Notes: generated by a model from the letters alone, not told the origin. A DNA stretch of 60,382 bases, filler included, from 5 parts of 5 records of this genome joined end to end with filler, not necessarily neighbours in it, one strand, 5' to 3'. Positions 9,474-18,451 are shown, counted from the whole stretch's first letter. Translations and numbers: made by a program.

Positions 9474-10484
9474 CTATTTACTTTTATACCATTCTACAAA
9501 TTTTCTAACTCCATCTTCAAAAGATAAACTCGGGTTATAACCCGTTTTCTCTTTTAATTTAGAAATATCAGCATAGGTTCTATCAACATCTCCAGCTTGC
9601 ATCGGTAGTCTGTTTATCTTCGCTTTTTTCCCCAGTACTTTTTCTATAGTTTCTATCATCTCTTTTAACGAAACCGGATTATTGCTCCCTATATTAAATA
9701 TATCGTATATTTTTTCATCTTTTTCAACTAAATCAACTGACTTAATTATTCCGTCCACTATATCAGCAACGTATGTATAATCTCTGGATGTACTTCCGTC
9801 CCCGTATACCGGAATTTCTTCATTATTTAAAATCAATCTTGTAAATTTATTTATTGCTAAATCAGGTCTTTGTCTAGGCCCGTAAACAGTAAAAAATCTC
9901 AAAAAAACAATATTAATATCATAAATAGAGTGATAAACATGTCCCATTACTTCATTAGCTTTTTTCGTAGCTGCATATGGACTAATTGCAAAATCCACAA
10001 TATCTGTTTCTTTAAAGGGAACTTCTTTATTATTTCCATATACTGACGAACTAGATGCAGAAATAACTTTTTTAACTCCATATTTTCTACAACACTCATA
10101 TATATTATGTGTTCCTCTAGCATTTACTTCCTGATATAACAAAGGATTTTCAAGTGATGGTCTAACTCCTGCTCTGGCGGCAAGGTGAATTACTATATCA
10201 ATTTCATTTTCACTAAATATTCTCTCTAACTCGTTCAAGTCTCTAATATCTACAATTTCCAGTAGATAATTTTTTGAATCAATTTTTTCTTTTAAGTCTG
10301 ACAATTTATTTATATTGATATTTTTATTTCCTGTTGAAACTTTTACATTTTCTATTTTTAATTCTTCTGCATAATAGTCATTAAAATTATCAACATTAAC
10401 TACTCTATTCCCTTGTTTTAGTAACTCTTCAACTAAATGTGAGCCGATAAAACCTGCTCCACCTGTTACTAAATATGTTTTCAT
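9474..10484 (-). CDS. NAD-dependent nucleotide-sugar epimerase (UDP-glucuronate 4-epimerase-like)
   Basis: TGGAGFIG, HLAARAGVRPS, SSSSVYG, YAATK, RFFTVYGP.QRPD. Confidence 0.92.
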   Translation of the reverse strand: MKTYLVTGGAGFIGSHLVEELLKQGNRVVNVDNFNDYYAEELKIENVKVSTGNKNININKLSDLKEKIDSKNYLLEIVDIRDLNELERIFSENEIDIVIHLAARAGVRPSLENPLLYQEVNARGTHNIYECCRKYGVKKVISASSSSVYGNNKEVPFKETDIVDFAISPYAATKKANEVMGHVYHSIYDINIVFLRFFTVYGPRQRPDLAINKFTRLILNNEEIPVYGDGSTSRDYTYVADIVDGIIKSVDLVEKDEKIYDIFNIGSNNPVSLKEMIETIEKVLGKKAKINRLPMQAGDVDRTYADISKLKEKTGYNPSLSFEDGVRKFVEWYKSK

Positions 10485-10588
10485 ATTATTTACCTCTTTT
10501 CAGAATAATATATATCTATTTCAAAATTTGAATTCTAAGATATTTTAACATTTATACAATGATTAATCAATAAGTTCAATATAAATTA

Positions 10589-10616
10589 AGAAGCAGTTAA
10601 GTTACTAACTGCTTCT
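10589..10616. terminator. Hairpin at the end of the pilin-like operon
   Basis: AGAAGCAGTTA-agttac-TAACTGCTTCT inverted repeat overlapping the stop codon. Confidence 0.55.
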
Positions 10617-11189
10617 TCTCCTACTATATGAATCATTTTTTTTATTCTTTTTTTTCTCTTCTATAAAAAAACTTATTTTATTATTATAAGCACCACTTTT
10701 TACATTATACCATTTACCGTTAATTAGTCCGGTATCATATACAATTTTTAAGGCAAGTTTATCTTTATTAACTAGTTTTTTTATATATTTGAATTTTCCA
10801 CTATTCATATCAAGTTCTGCAATATTTTTGTCTATATTATTTGATTTTACAAGGTAAAATTTTGTTGCATTAGTTAATATTTCTGAATACTCGTTATTAG
10901 AATCATAAAAACCTGCTGCTTCAATATTAAGAATATATTCATTCCATTTTATTTTATTTAAATCCAAGAAAAAAACTTCTTCGCTATTTTGATTTGGGTT
11001 TAAATTCATTGCTATTGATTCAGTTACGTATCTGTCTTTTCTTTTTTTTCTAAAAAATTTAATTGGTTTTTCCCTATAAACTCTTCTATGCCACTTCTTT
11101 CCACTTTTACTATATGTAGAATATTGACAGGTCAAAGTAACTTGTCCAGTTATAATTAATAAAATTATTAAATTAAATATTTTTTTCAT
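10605..11189 (-). CDS. Exported hypothetical protein, possible minor pilin-like subunit
   Basis: Signal-like N-terminus; late motif WYNVKSGAYNNKISFFI parallels the other two subunits; basic N- and C-terminal stretches. Confidence 0.6.
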   Translation of the reverse strand: MKKIFNLIILLIITGQVTLTCQYSTYSKSGKKWHRRVYREKPIKFFRKKRKDRYVTESIAMNLNPNQNSEEVFFLDLNKIKWNEYILNIEAAGFYDSNNEYSEILTNATKFYLVKSNNIDKNIAELDMNSGKFKYIKKLVNKDKLALKIVYDTGLINGKWYNVKSGAYNNKISFFIEEKKKNKKNDSYSRRRSS

Positions 11190-11198
11190 TTTTACACC

Positions 11199-12704
11199 TT
11201 AACCTTCAACAATCAACTCTTTCTTAAACTCTGATAATTCCTGACTACCATTAAATAATTTTATTTCAGCTAAATATTTACCTGCTTCTAATTTCTTTGC
11301 ACTTCCTGTAAGTAATCCATCTTTAAGAGGTAGTGTATTTTCTACACCTTCGGGTAAATTCAAATTCATTCTTTCAATAAATTTTCCGTTTAAATCAGTA
11401 ATTACAAGTTCTGCTGATGGTGATATAAATATGTTGCCAGAGTTTTTATAATTCATTGAAATAATTTGCTCTTTATCTTGTACCTGTCCGTATAAACTTT
11501 TAGTTTCCACTTCATATACAAAATCATTTCCGGCAATTAAAGTAACAGGAATTTCTCTTTGATAAATTGGCTTTTTCTTCTCTTCATCAAGTGCTGCTAA
11601 AACTAAAGTTCCATGATAACTTCCTGATTTTGTATCTTTCGGTACTTCCATTGTAAAGAGATAAGTTTGTTTACCTCTTTTCCTCATCGTTAGACCATTT
11701 CTACTTCTTAATTTAATCATCTGCCCTACTGAATACTCATATTTATTCTCCGTATCTTTGTACATAACTGCTGTAGGGTACTCTTTATCAAGCTCATTTT
11801 GAATCATTATCTTTTGAGTTTTTCTTAGGCCTTGATTTAGCTCTAAACTTACATTTTCTTCTGAAGGAGTGAAATATCCCATCTCTTCAAGTGAAGGAAA
11901 ATCATACTCTCCTTCTTTAATTTCTATTTTTTGAGTTATTATCTTTTGCTTATCACCATACTTTATAAAACCTCTTAAGGTATATTCACCCGGAAGTAAT
12001 CTTTTGCTTATTTGAGAAGTAAATTTCAACTTACTTTTAGGATAAATCCTTGTTGATTCTATATTGTTTCTTTTTTGATAATCTGTTTTAAGTTCTAACC
12101 TTTCAACTAATCGTCTATTTGAATCTCTTAAAGTTGCTTCAATATTCATCAAATAATCCCAGCCTGATATATTATTAATTAATATTTCTGCTCTAGGTTT
12201 TCGATCTAAATCTGGTTTAATAGTTAACTCTTCAGCAGCTATTATTTTAGCTAATCCAGGCTTATTTATTCTTAAATCTACTCTAACTGCATATCTGACT
12301 ACTATTTGCATACCACTTTTTTCTTCTTTGTTATCCTTTACCTGTTCTACCATTATTATTACCTGCTTAGAACCACCTTCATCATTAGGAATTTTCACCC
12401 TACACTTCATGTCTGTTTCTATTCCAGCTGGAACAAGCAATGTTGATTTTTCTGGTTGAATCCAATTGGCTGCTGATGATTTATTTTCTAATGTTGGAGT
12501 ATACTCCATCTCTCCAGACTCCAACTGTTTTTGTTCATAAAATGAAAACTTTACTCTTTCATCTTTTACACCAGGTATAATTGCTAAGGTAAACTCTTTA
12601 ATGTCTCCTGGTTGACCTTCAACATCTACAACCAATGGTTTAACTCCAATAGAATAAACTACTACTTGAAATAATAAAAAAATAATTCCTAATAATCTCT
12701 TCAC
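11199..12704 (-). CDS. Exported multi-Ig-domain protein, fimbrial chaperone (PapD/DUF916)-like
   Basis: Signal peptide then IGVKPLVVDVEGQPG, NWI, IVVRYAVRVDL, repeated N.SG/N and G.Y beta-sandwich motifs; GTG at 12704 has GGAGG (ORF track uses 12731). Confidence 0.6.
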   Translation of the reverse strand: MKRLLGIIFLLFQVVVYSIGVKPLVVDVEGQPGDIKEFTLAIIPGVKDERVKFSFYEQKQLESGEMEYTPTLENKSSAANWIQPEKSTLLVPAGIETDMKCRVKIPNDEGGSKQVIIMVEQVKDNKEEKSGMQIVVRYAVRVDLRINKPGLAKIIAAEELTIKPDLDRKPRAEILINNISGWDYLMNIEATLRDSNRRLVERLELKTDYQKRNNIESTRIYPKSKLKFTSQISKRLLPGEYTLRGFIKYGDKQKIITQKIEIKEGEYDFPSLEEMGYFTPSEENVSLELNQGLRKTQKIMIQNELDKEYPTAVMYKDTENKYEYSVGQMIKLRSRNGLTMRKRGKQTYLFTMEVPKDTKSGSYHGTLVLAALDEEKKKPIYQREIPVTLIAGNDFVYEVETKSLYGQVQDKEQIISMNYKNSGNIFISPSAELVITDLNGKFIERMNLNLPEGVENTLPLKDGLLTGSAKKLEAGKYLAEIKLFNGSQELSEFKKELIVEG

Positions 12705-12784
12705 TTTAATTCCTCCTAATAATCTCTTCACTACAATTTTTACAATAATAATACCTTCCTAATTTTTATTATAAAAATTATAGA

Positions 12785-12816
12785 AAAGACAGAATAACAT
12801 CTACTATTCTGTCTTT
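12785..12816 (-). terminator. Intergenic hairpin/terminator after the 202-aa subunit
   Basis: AAAGACAGAATA...TATTCTGTCTTT inverted repeat followed by T-run on minus strand. Confidence 0.6.
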
Positions 12817-12843
12817 AATTATATCCTACTATTTAATTTCCGA

Positions 12844-13452
12844 CTATTGCGCTACTACAGTGAAAACTATTGTACTTGAATAAGTTCCTGCAGAGACATT
12901 ATAAAATTCTTCTGGAATTTTTACCCCTGTAATAATATCATATGTTACAGAGCTATTTTTATGAATTGATACAGGTGTTAAACCTAAACCTACATCCTGT
13001 CTAACATCACCTGGATAAAATATAACATTATTTGTGCTATTATCAGTCAGTGCTACAAAACTTGCTAACCCATTAAAAGGATTTCCTTCACCATCTTTAA
13101 AAGCCTCAACTTTAGCATATACATCACAAGGTGTATTTGTGTCAACAGTCATACTTCTTTTTGTGAACTTAACTTCATTTCCTTTACCTACAAAGTTAGG
13201 AGTTCCTATACCTGTTTCAATATCAGAATTAACTATGTCCATCAAAGGTTTATTAACCCCTGAATAGTTCTCTAATGAATAAAATACGTCAGATCCTACT
13301 GAAGAAGAATACCATAAAGTATCTGAATTCCCCGTTTCAATCTCAGCATGTTTTTCATTTTTTACAGTTATTTCAAAATCAAGAGCATTAGCAACACTAG
13401 AAATCATTAGTGCAAGTAGTAGCAAAGTAATTTTTTTCTTAATTATTTGCAT
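12844..13452 (-). CDS. Exported pilin/fimbrial-subunit-like protein
   Basis: Sec signal (ANA/L), beta-rich, C-terminal FYNVSAGTYSSTIVFTVVAQ. Confidence 0.6.
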   Translation of the reverse strand: MQIIKKKITLLLLALMISSVANALDFEITVKNEKHAEIETGNSDTLWYSSSVGSDVFYSLENYSGVNKPLMDIVNSDIETGIGTPNFVGKGNEVKFTKRSMTVDTNTPCDVYAKVEAFKDGEGNPFNGLASFVALTDNSTNNVIFYPGDVRQDVGLGLTPVSIHKNSSVTYDIITGVKIPEEFYNVSAGTYSSTIVFTVVAQ

Positions 13453-13481
13453 TATAATTTCCTCTCATTCATTGAAATTTT

Positions 13482-13505
13482 ACCCCGCTTATATTAAGCG
13501 GGGAT
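13482..13505 (-). terminator. GC-rich hairpin after the first (major) subunit
   Basis: CCCCGCTTA-tat-TAAGCGGGG; no strong U-tail, so may be a leaky terminator or mRNA stabiliser. Confidence 0.55.
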
Positions 13506-13514
13506 TTGTATTTT

Positions 13515-13964
13515 CTAGTTTGCTGACGCTACAGTTAATGTAATATCTCCATCATAACCATTTGCTGTATCTGCTGCTACATTATACCAATTATATGTAG
13601 TTTCATCTACAGTTGCTGATTCTGCCATAGTTGCTGTGAAAGTTACATTTTTTGTTTCTTTAGTTTGCCCGTAAGCTACTGCAGTACTAGTTACAGTCAT
13701 TAAAGCGTCTAATGCTTCATCATCAAATTTTGTTTCAGATGTTAAAGAAACTGCTACATTTGACGCAACCTCAACCGGTACAACAGTTGTTACAGCTACA
13801 CCTGGCGTTACAATTGGATTTAATGCTGTATTAGCTACTGGAGTAATTTCTGAATATTCAGAAACCTTCATTGTTATTTCTACATTTGCTGTATCTAAAT
13901 CCGCTGCCATTGCTGTACCACCAATTAATAAAACACCTGCCACTAATAATAAAACTTTTTTCAT
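13515..13964 (-). CDS. Putative major pilin/fimbrial subunit (Sec-exported)
   Basis: Signal peptide ending AMA/A, Thr/Val/Ala-rich, C-terminal WYNVAADTANGYDGDITLTVASAN; strong AGGAGG RBS; first gene behind the riboswitch. Confidence 0.65.
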   Translation of the reverse strand: MKKVLLLVAGVLLIGGTAMAADLDTANVEITMKVSEYSEITPVANTALNPIVTPGVAVTTVVPVEVASNVAVSLTSETKFDDEALDALMTVTSTAVAYGQTKETKNVTFTATMAESATVDETTYNWYNVAADTANGYDGDITLTVASAN

Positions 13965-14012
13965 TTCCTCTTCCTCCTACTAGATTATTTTTTTAATTAA
14001 CATTAAGTAATC

Positions 14013-14107
14013 TAGTCGTCGGTCGGTTTCGCCACTGACTACTCGTTCTTTCTATAATTACTAGGCGACCAAATTCAGAAAGAACGAATCTCTGTCTCCG
14101 AGGACTA
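14013..14107 (-). ncRNA. c-di-GMP-II-like riboswitch aptamer
   Basis: Minus strand: P1 UAGUCCUCGG/CCGACGACUA, GGAGAC-AGAGA, long stem UUCGUUCUUUCU/AGAAAGAACGAG, pseudoknot UCGCC/GGCGA, 3' AACCGACC as in class II aptamers. Confidence 0.8.
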
Positions 14108-14202
14108 TATCCTAAATATATGTTATTTTTTTATTTTAGTGATAATGGATAATTATTTTTGCTGGCCAGCTAAATTATTTCCTTCATCCCTTTTACACGA
14201 CC

Positions 14203-14231
14203 ATTCTATCGTCTCGTTGTCGTTTTGTCAA
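14203..14231 (-). promoter_or_regulatory. Sigma70 promoter of the pilin-like operon
   Basis: TTGACA-17 nt-TAGAAT on minus strand (14231-14226 and 14208-14203), upstream of the riboswitch. Confidence 0.8.
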
Positions 14232-14764
14232 CGTTTTTACACATCAACATCTCAAAATATGTATGTTTTATCACATAATAATCCCACGATTCAAATTGTT
14301 CTTTTTTTAGGTTATCTTCTGTATACCAGAACACTTTTTCACATTATATTAGTTTTATTTAATCTGTTTTTTGGACTTTTTCTCTGTTTATTGTAATGTT
14401 TTTTCACTTTTTATATTAAAATTCATAATTTTAACACTAATTTTTTTTGAAATTTTCTATATTTTTTTGTGATAAATTTGTGTTTTTTTCATTTTTTGTC
14501 ATCATATTGGACTTCATTTCCAAGAATATACTCAATTTCAATATATATACATTCGTAATATCAAATTACTTTTCCACTTAATATCTTTTGTAAACTTAGT
14601 TTTATAGTATTCTATTTCAGTTACTTATTAGTAATATTTTGGTAGATTTGATATAATTTATCAAAGTACTAATTAATTTAAAACTCTTTTTTTATCATGG
14701 CTTTGAAATCTAATATACGACAAAAATATAAAAAACTAGCTATCATTTTAACAATAGCTAGTTT

Positions 14765-15898
14765 CTATATTTTTATTTTAATTCCTATGCTAATTTCATC
14801 AATATCAGAATATTTCACATACTTCATATTTATACTCAGGTTGTTTTTAGGAAAAAATTCCAAAATAACTCTGTCTCTATCATCTTTTAAAAATAGTCTA
14901 TCATATGAGAAATCTAAATACTTTAATCTATACCCTAACTTAAAAAGTATATCTGATTCAAACTCATTATTATCGAGCCATATAAATAGCTCTGTACCCA
15001 AGCTTAATTTGCTATACTGCAGTTCATCTACCAAACCAATTGCTAATATATCATCTTCAACTTGATATCTTGCTGCTAAATTAAAGTATCCTTCTCTATT
15101 TCCAGTTAATTTTAGCTGATCTCGAAAAGACTTCAAACTTATATCCTCAAATTCTCCTTTAAAGTTAAATTTAGCAAAAGTATATTGAAAATTTAAATCA
15201 TAACTTTCTTTTTCACTATAATAAAGAGTTATATAATTATCTTTTTTCGGTTTAATATCTTGGGTTAGAAAATCAAACTCATCAAATTTATTTTCATAAA
15301 TAAAACTTTCCTTTGAGAAATCAATATTCTTTTTTACCTGCTTAGCCAAAAGTAAATAATAGCTTTCATTATCTATACCTGCATCAAAATCTGCCTTCAA
15401 TGTAGCAACAGGTCGATACTCTTCACTAAGAAGTATGGTTTGTGATGCTAAAAACTCACTTTGACTATCTTTGATATGTAAAGACAGCTCTGTTAAGATT
15501 TCCTTATGACTGTTTATTTGTGTTCCTTTTAAATTAACTTTTATAAAGCGTTCCGTATCTAAGCTTCTATTCTCAATAATCTCCTTATATTCAAGTTCTT
15601 CTCCCATTTTACCAGTAAAAATAAAGGGATAAACTAATTTATCCCTTTTATCTGTCTTTTCCAGATCAACATAAAAATCAATATTTTGATATATAAGATT
15701 TAATAGTGAACTATTATAAAATATTTCCGATTCTTTTTCACTTTCACTAAATTCTATCCGTGCAGATATATTTTGATATCTTTTTTTACTCAATTTGATA
15801 AAAGTTAGTTTGTATGATATTGACTCAGAACTATTTTCTGCAGAAAATAAACAGAGTTTGATTATAAGAAAAATCAGAGTAAATACTCTTACCTTCAT
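14765..15898 (-). CDS. Exported protein, degenerate secretin-like N-half plus probable beta-barrel C-half
   Basis: Signal peptide; strand pattern colinear with the neighbouring secretin domain; amphipathic strands ending EISIGIKIKI; starts 2 nt after the secretin stop. Confidence 0.55.
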   Translation of the reverse strand: MKVRVFTLIFLIIKLCLFSAENSSESISYKLTFIKLSKKRYQNISARIEFSESEKESEIFYNSSLLNLIYQNIDFYVDLEKTDKRDKLVYPFIFTGKMGEELEYKEIIENRSLDTERFIKVNLKGTQINSHKEILTELSLHIKDSQSEFLASQTILLSEEYRPVATLKADFDAGIDNESYYLLLAKQVKKNIDFSKESFIYENKFDEFDFLTQDIKPKKDNYITLYYSEKESYDLNFQYTFAKFNFKGEFEDISLKSFRDQLKLTGNREGYFNLAARYQVEDDILAIGLVDELQYSKLSLGTELFIWLDNNEFESDILFKLGYRLKYLDFSYDRLFLKDDRDRVILEFFPKNNLSINMKYVKYSDIDEISIGIKIKI

Positions 15899-15900
15899 CT

Positions 15901-17088
15901 TTATTCCTCCGAATTAAGAATAACCGGAGTTACAAACATAAGAAGCTCCTTTGAACTTTTTGATGTTTTTCTATTTTTGAATAACCATCTGATAAGGGGG
16001 ATTTTGCTTAAAATAGGAATTCCGCTATCTATTTTACTCTCATCTTCCAGAGTCATTCCTGCTATTACCGCAGTTCCACCATCTTCTATTTCAACAGTAG
16101 TTTTTACACTATTCTCTTTAACAGTTAAATTTGATGTATCAACATCTACAAAGTAACTTACTTTGGGATTAATTATTAACTCTATCTTACCATCTCTAAT
16201 ATAAGCCGTTACATTTACATTGACTCCACTTGTAATTTCCTCTACACTGGAGTCATTATCATCGCTGTCTTGCAGTATAATAGTCTCTGTTTCACCTACA
16301 AAAAGAGTTGCCTCTTCTCCTTCTGTTACTAGTAATTTCGGATTAGCTTTTATACTTGCATCTTTTTCCTGCTCAAGTAAAGTTAATTTAGCTAATAGAT
16401 CCCCATGTAAGTCAGTATTAATAACTAAAAGACCGCTATCAAAATCATAACTTCCTGATTTTTGCTCACTCCCAGTTAAATCTGAAGTATTTGATTCAAG
16501 AAATTTGTTTCCAAACTCCTTAATTTTATCTTTATTTATTTCCGTTACTAACACTTTTATCTCTATCATCTTTTTGGGAATATCAAGTTCATCTACTATC
16601 TCTCTAATATCATCAATTATTGAAACAGGCCCGAAAATTGACAAATATTTTGGATTTTTCGAATTAATTTTTACATATTGTTTGTAATAATCAGGCAATA
16701 AAGAATATACATCTTCTGCATAAATATTTTTTAAGCTGATGATTTTAACTGTTGATAACTCGTTAAAAGTACTACTTTTGGGATTTGGTAATCCTACAAA
16801 ATAGAAATCTTCTATTTTTTTAAAAGTATAACCGCCACTTACCAATATTTTCTTCAAAGCTTTCTCAAGTGGCTCATCAATCAAATCAACTGTTGTAACT
16901 CCTCCTACAGTTTGGTCCGGTATAATAGTTATTCCCGTTTGTAATGAAATCTCTGTAAGTGCTTCCCTAATATCACTTTCAAACAGAGTTATTGTTACCA
17001 ATTGTTCCTCATCAGCAAATGACATAACAGTAAATAATGACAATAAAAATCCAACAAATAGTTTTTTTAACCTAAATTTTTGAATCAT
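15901..17088 (-). CDS. Secretin (GspD/PilQ family), compact form
   Basis: N0-like DIREALTEISLQTGITII, ANPKLLVTEGEEA, GIPILSKIPLIRWLFK, ELLMFVTPVIL. Confidence 0.92.
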   Translation of the reverse strand: MIQKFRLKKLFVGFLLSLFTVMSFADEEQLVTITLFESDIREALTEISLQTGITIIPDQTVGGVTTVDLIDEPLEKALKKILVSGGYTFKKIEDFYFVGLPNPKSSTFNELSTVKIISLKNIYAEDVYSLLPDYYKQYVKINSKNPKYLSIFGPVSIIDDIREIVDELDIPKKMIEIKVLVTEINKDKIKEFGNKFLESNTSDLTGSEQKSGSYDFDSGLLVINTDLHGDLLAKLTLLEQEKDASIKANPKLLVTEGEEATLFVGETETIILQDSDDNDSSVEEITSGVNVNVTAYIRDGKIELIINPKVSYFVDVDTSNLTVKENSVKTTVEIEDGGTAVIAGMTLEDESKIDSGIPILSKIPLIRWLFKNRKTSKSSKELLMFVTPVILNSEE

Positions 17089-17133
17089 TTCGCTAAATCT
17101 CCCTTTTAGTTATATTTTCCCTATATTATTCCC

Positions 17134-17142
17134 ATTATAGCA
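17134..17142 (-). promoter_or_regulatory. Extended -10 promoter (TGCTATAAT) for the secretin operon
   Basis: Consensus TGnTATAAT about 45 nt upstream of the secretin ATG. Confidence 0.6.
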
Positions 17143-17241
17143 GATTTTTTTATTTTCTTAAATCATTTTGCAAATAAAAAACGAAACAATTAATAAATTG
17201 TTCCGTTTCTATTATCTAATTTCATTTTTTAAATTCTTGTT

Positions 17242-17919
17242 CTATTTTCCTAATTCTTCTTTTAATTTAGCTAATTCATCATCTACTCCGCTATCAGCAG
17301 AAAGTTTTGCAAACTCACTATCAAGGTCTTCTCCGGCTAGCTCATTATTGATATCTTCCATTGCTTCAGCTTCATTAATCATTCTATTAGCTTTTTCTTC
17401 CATTTTAGCAAAACTAGAGAAAGCACCTTCTCCTACTTTTCCAACTTTAGCTTTTGTTTCTACTATTTTCTTTTTTGCTTTAGCTGTTTCAAGTCTGCTT
17501 TTAAGAATGTTTTTCTTTCTTTTAGCTTCAGCTATTTTATTTTCCATCATTTTAAGATCTGCAACTAATTTATCAACACTTGCTGATATTTGATCTTTAT
17601 CTGTGGAAATTGATGTTAACTCCTCTTCGAACTCTTTTTTCTTAGCTAATGCTTTTCTGGCAAGCTCTTCATTTCCTTTTGTTAGAGCTAATTTAGCATT
17701 CTCCTGCCATTTTTTTACTTCTTTTTCTAATTCTCTTACTCTTTTATTAAGCCTCATCTCTTCAGCTTTTGACTTAGAAACACTCTCTTTTGCTTTAATA
17801 TACTCTTTTTCCATATCTAGAATATTTTGCTCTAATAGTTTTTCCGGATCTTCCATCTTGTCCAGAGCTGCATTAACATTCGACTTAAATACATTTGATA
17901 TTCTATCAAAAAATCCCAT
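17242..17919 (-). CDS. pspA: PspA/IM30 family protein (YjfJ-like)
   Basis: MGFFDRISNVFKSNVNAALDKMEDPEKLLEQ, A..AL..G.EELAR.AL, VDDELAKLK. Confidence 0.93.
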   Translation of the reverse strand: MGFFDRISNVFKSNVNAALDKMEDPEKLLEQNILDMEKEYIKAKESVSKSKAEEMRLNKRVRELEKEVKKWQENAKLALTKGNEELARKALAKKKEFEEELTSISTDKDQISASVDKLVADLKMMENKIAEAKRKKNILKSRLETAKAKKKIVETKAKVGKVGEGAFSSFAKMEEKANRMINEAEAMEDINNELAGEDLDSEFAKLSADSGVDDELAKLKEELGK

Positions 17920-17976
17920 AATCTATTTCTCCTTTATTTATTAATATATAATTAATATTATATTTAGTTTTAAATT

Positions 17977-18390
17977 TTATTTTAGATTCTCTTTTATTAC
18001 TTTAAACACAGCAGGTAAACTAAGTTCAAAAGTTTCAACTATTTTTAAAAGTTCGTTTTCATCTAAATTTTCAGTCTCTAATGACTCAGTTAATATTAAT
18101 CTTTTATTCTCTTCATTTGTTGAATCAATTGCCAATGAAATCGGTAAAATTTCAGTGTTTAAATCAAGAAGTGTTCTATATAACTCGACCTCTTCTTTTA
18201 ATTCATTAATTCCAATTATATCCATTTGGAAAAATATACTTTGCTCCTGCTCAACAACAGCTATTTGTGCATCATAATCTGAAAGTGTTATCCATAAGAA
18301 TCCCTCTTCTTGCTCCTCAACTAAATAACTATTTTCAATTAATAAATCTTTTATGTTCTTCGCGTTATGCTGTCTAACTAATGTTTTCAT
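17977..18390 (-). CDS. YjfI/DUF2170 family (CesT/Tir-chaperone-like) protein
   Basis: LLDLNTEILPISLAI motif; position between yjfK-like gene and pspA. Confidence 0.7.
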   Translation of the reverse strand: MKTLVRQHNAKNIKDLLIENSYLVEEQEEGFLWITLSDYDAQIAVVEQEQSIFFQMDIIGINELKEEVELYRTLLDLNTEILPISLAIDSTNEENKRLILTESLETENLDENELLKIVETFELSLPAVFKVIKENLK

Positions 18391-18403
18391 CTCTTCCTCC
18401 CAT

Positions 18404-18451
18404 TTTGTTTTTCTAAGTCAAAATGCTTTAATTTGACTTTGTTTAGAAAAA
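18404..18451 (-). promoter_or_regulatory. Repeated RBS-adjacent hairpin motif, copy A
   Basis: UUUUUCU-AAACA-AAGUCAAA-UUAAAGCAU-UUUGACUU-AGAAAAA-CAAAAUG-GGAGG. Confidence 0.6.

Noticed and set aside
14139-14396. 85-aa plus-strand ORF upstream of the riboswitch
   Set aside because: No RBS or recognisable motif; overlaps the minus-strand promoter and leader.
15901-17088. Calling the locus a standard T2SS or type IV pilus
   Set aside because: No prepilin motifs, ATPase, platform or peptidase genes in the contig; they could still lie elsewhere in the genome.
17168-17944. Two plus-strand ORFs (141 and 113 aa)
   Set aside because: Antisense shadows of pspA.
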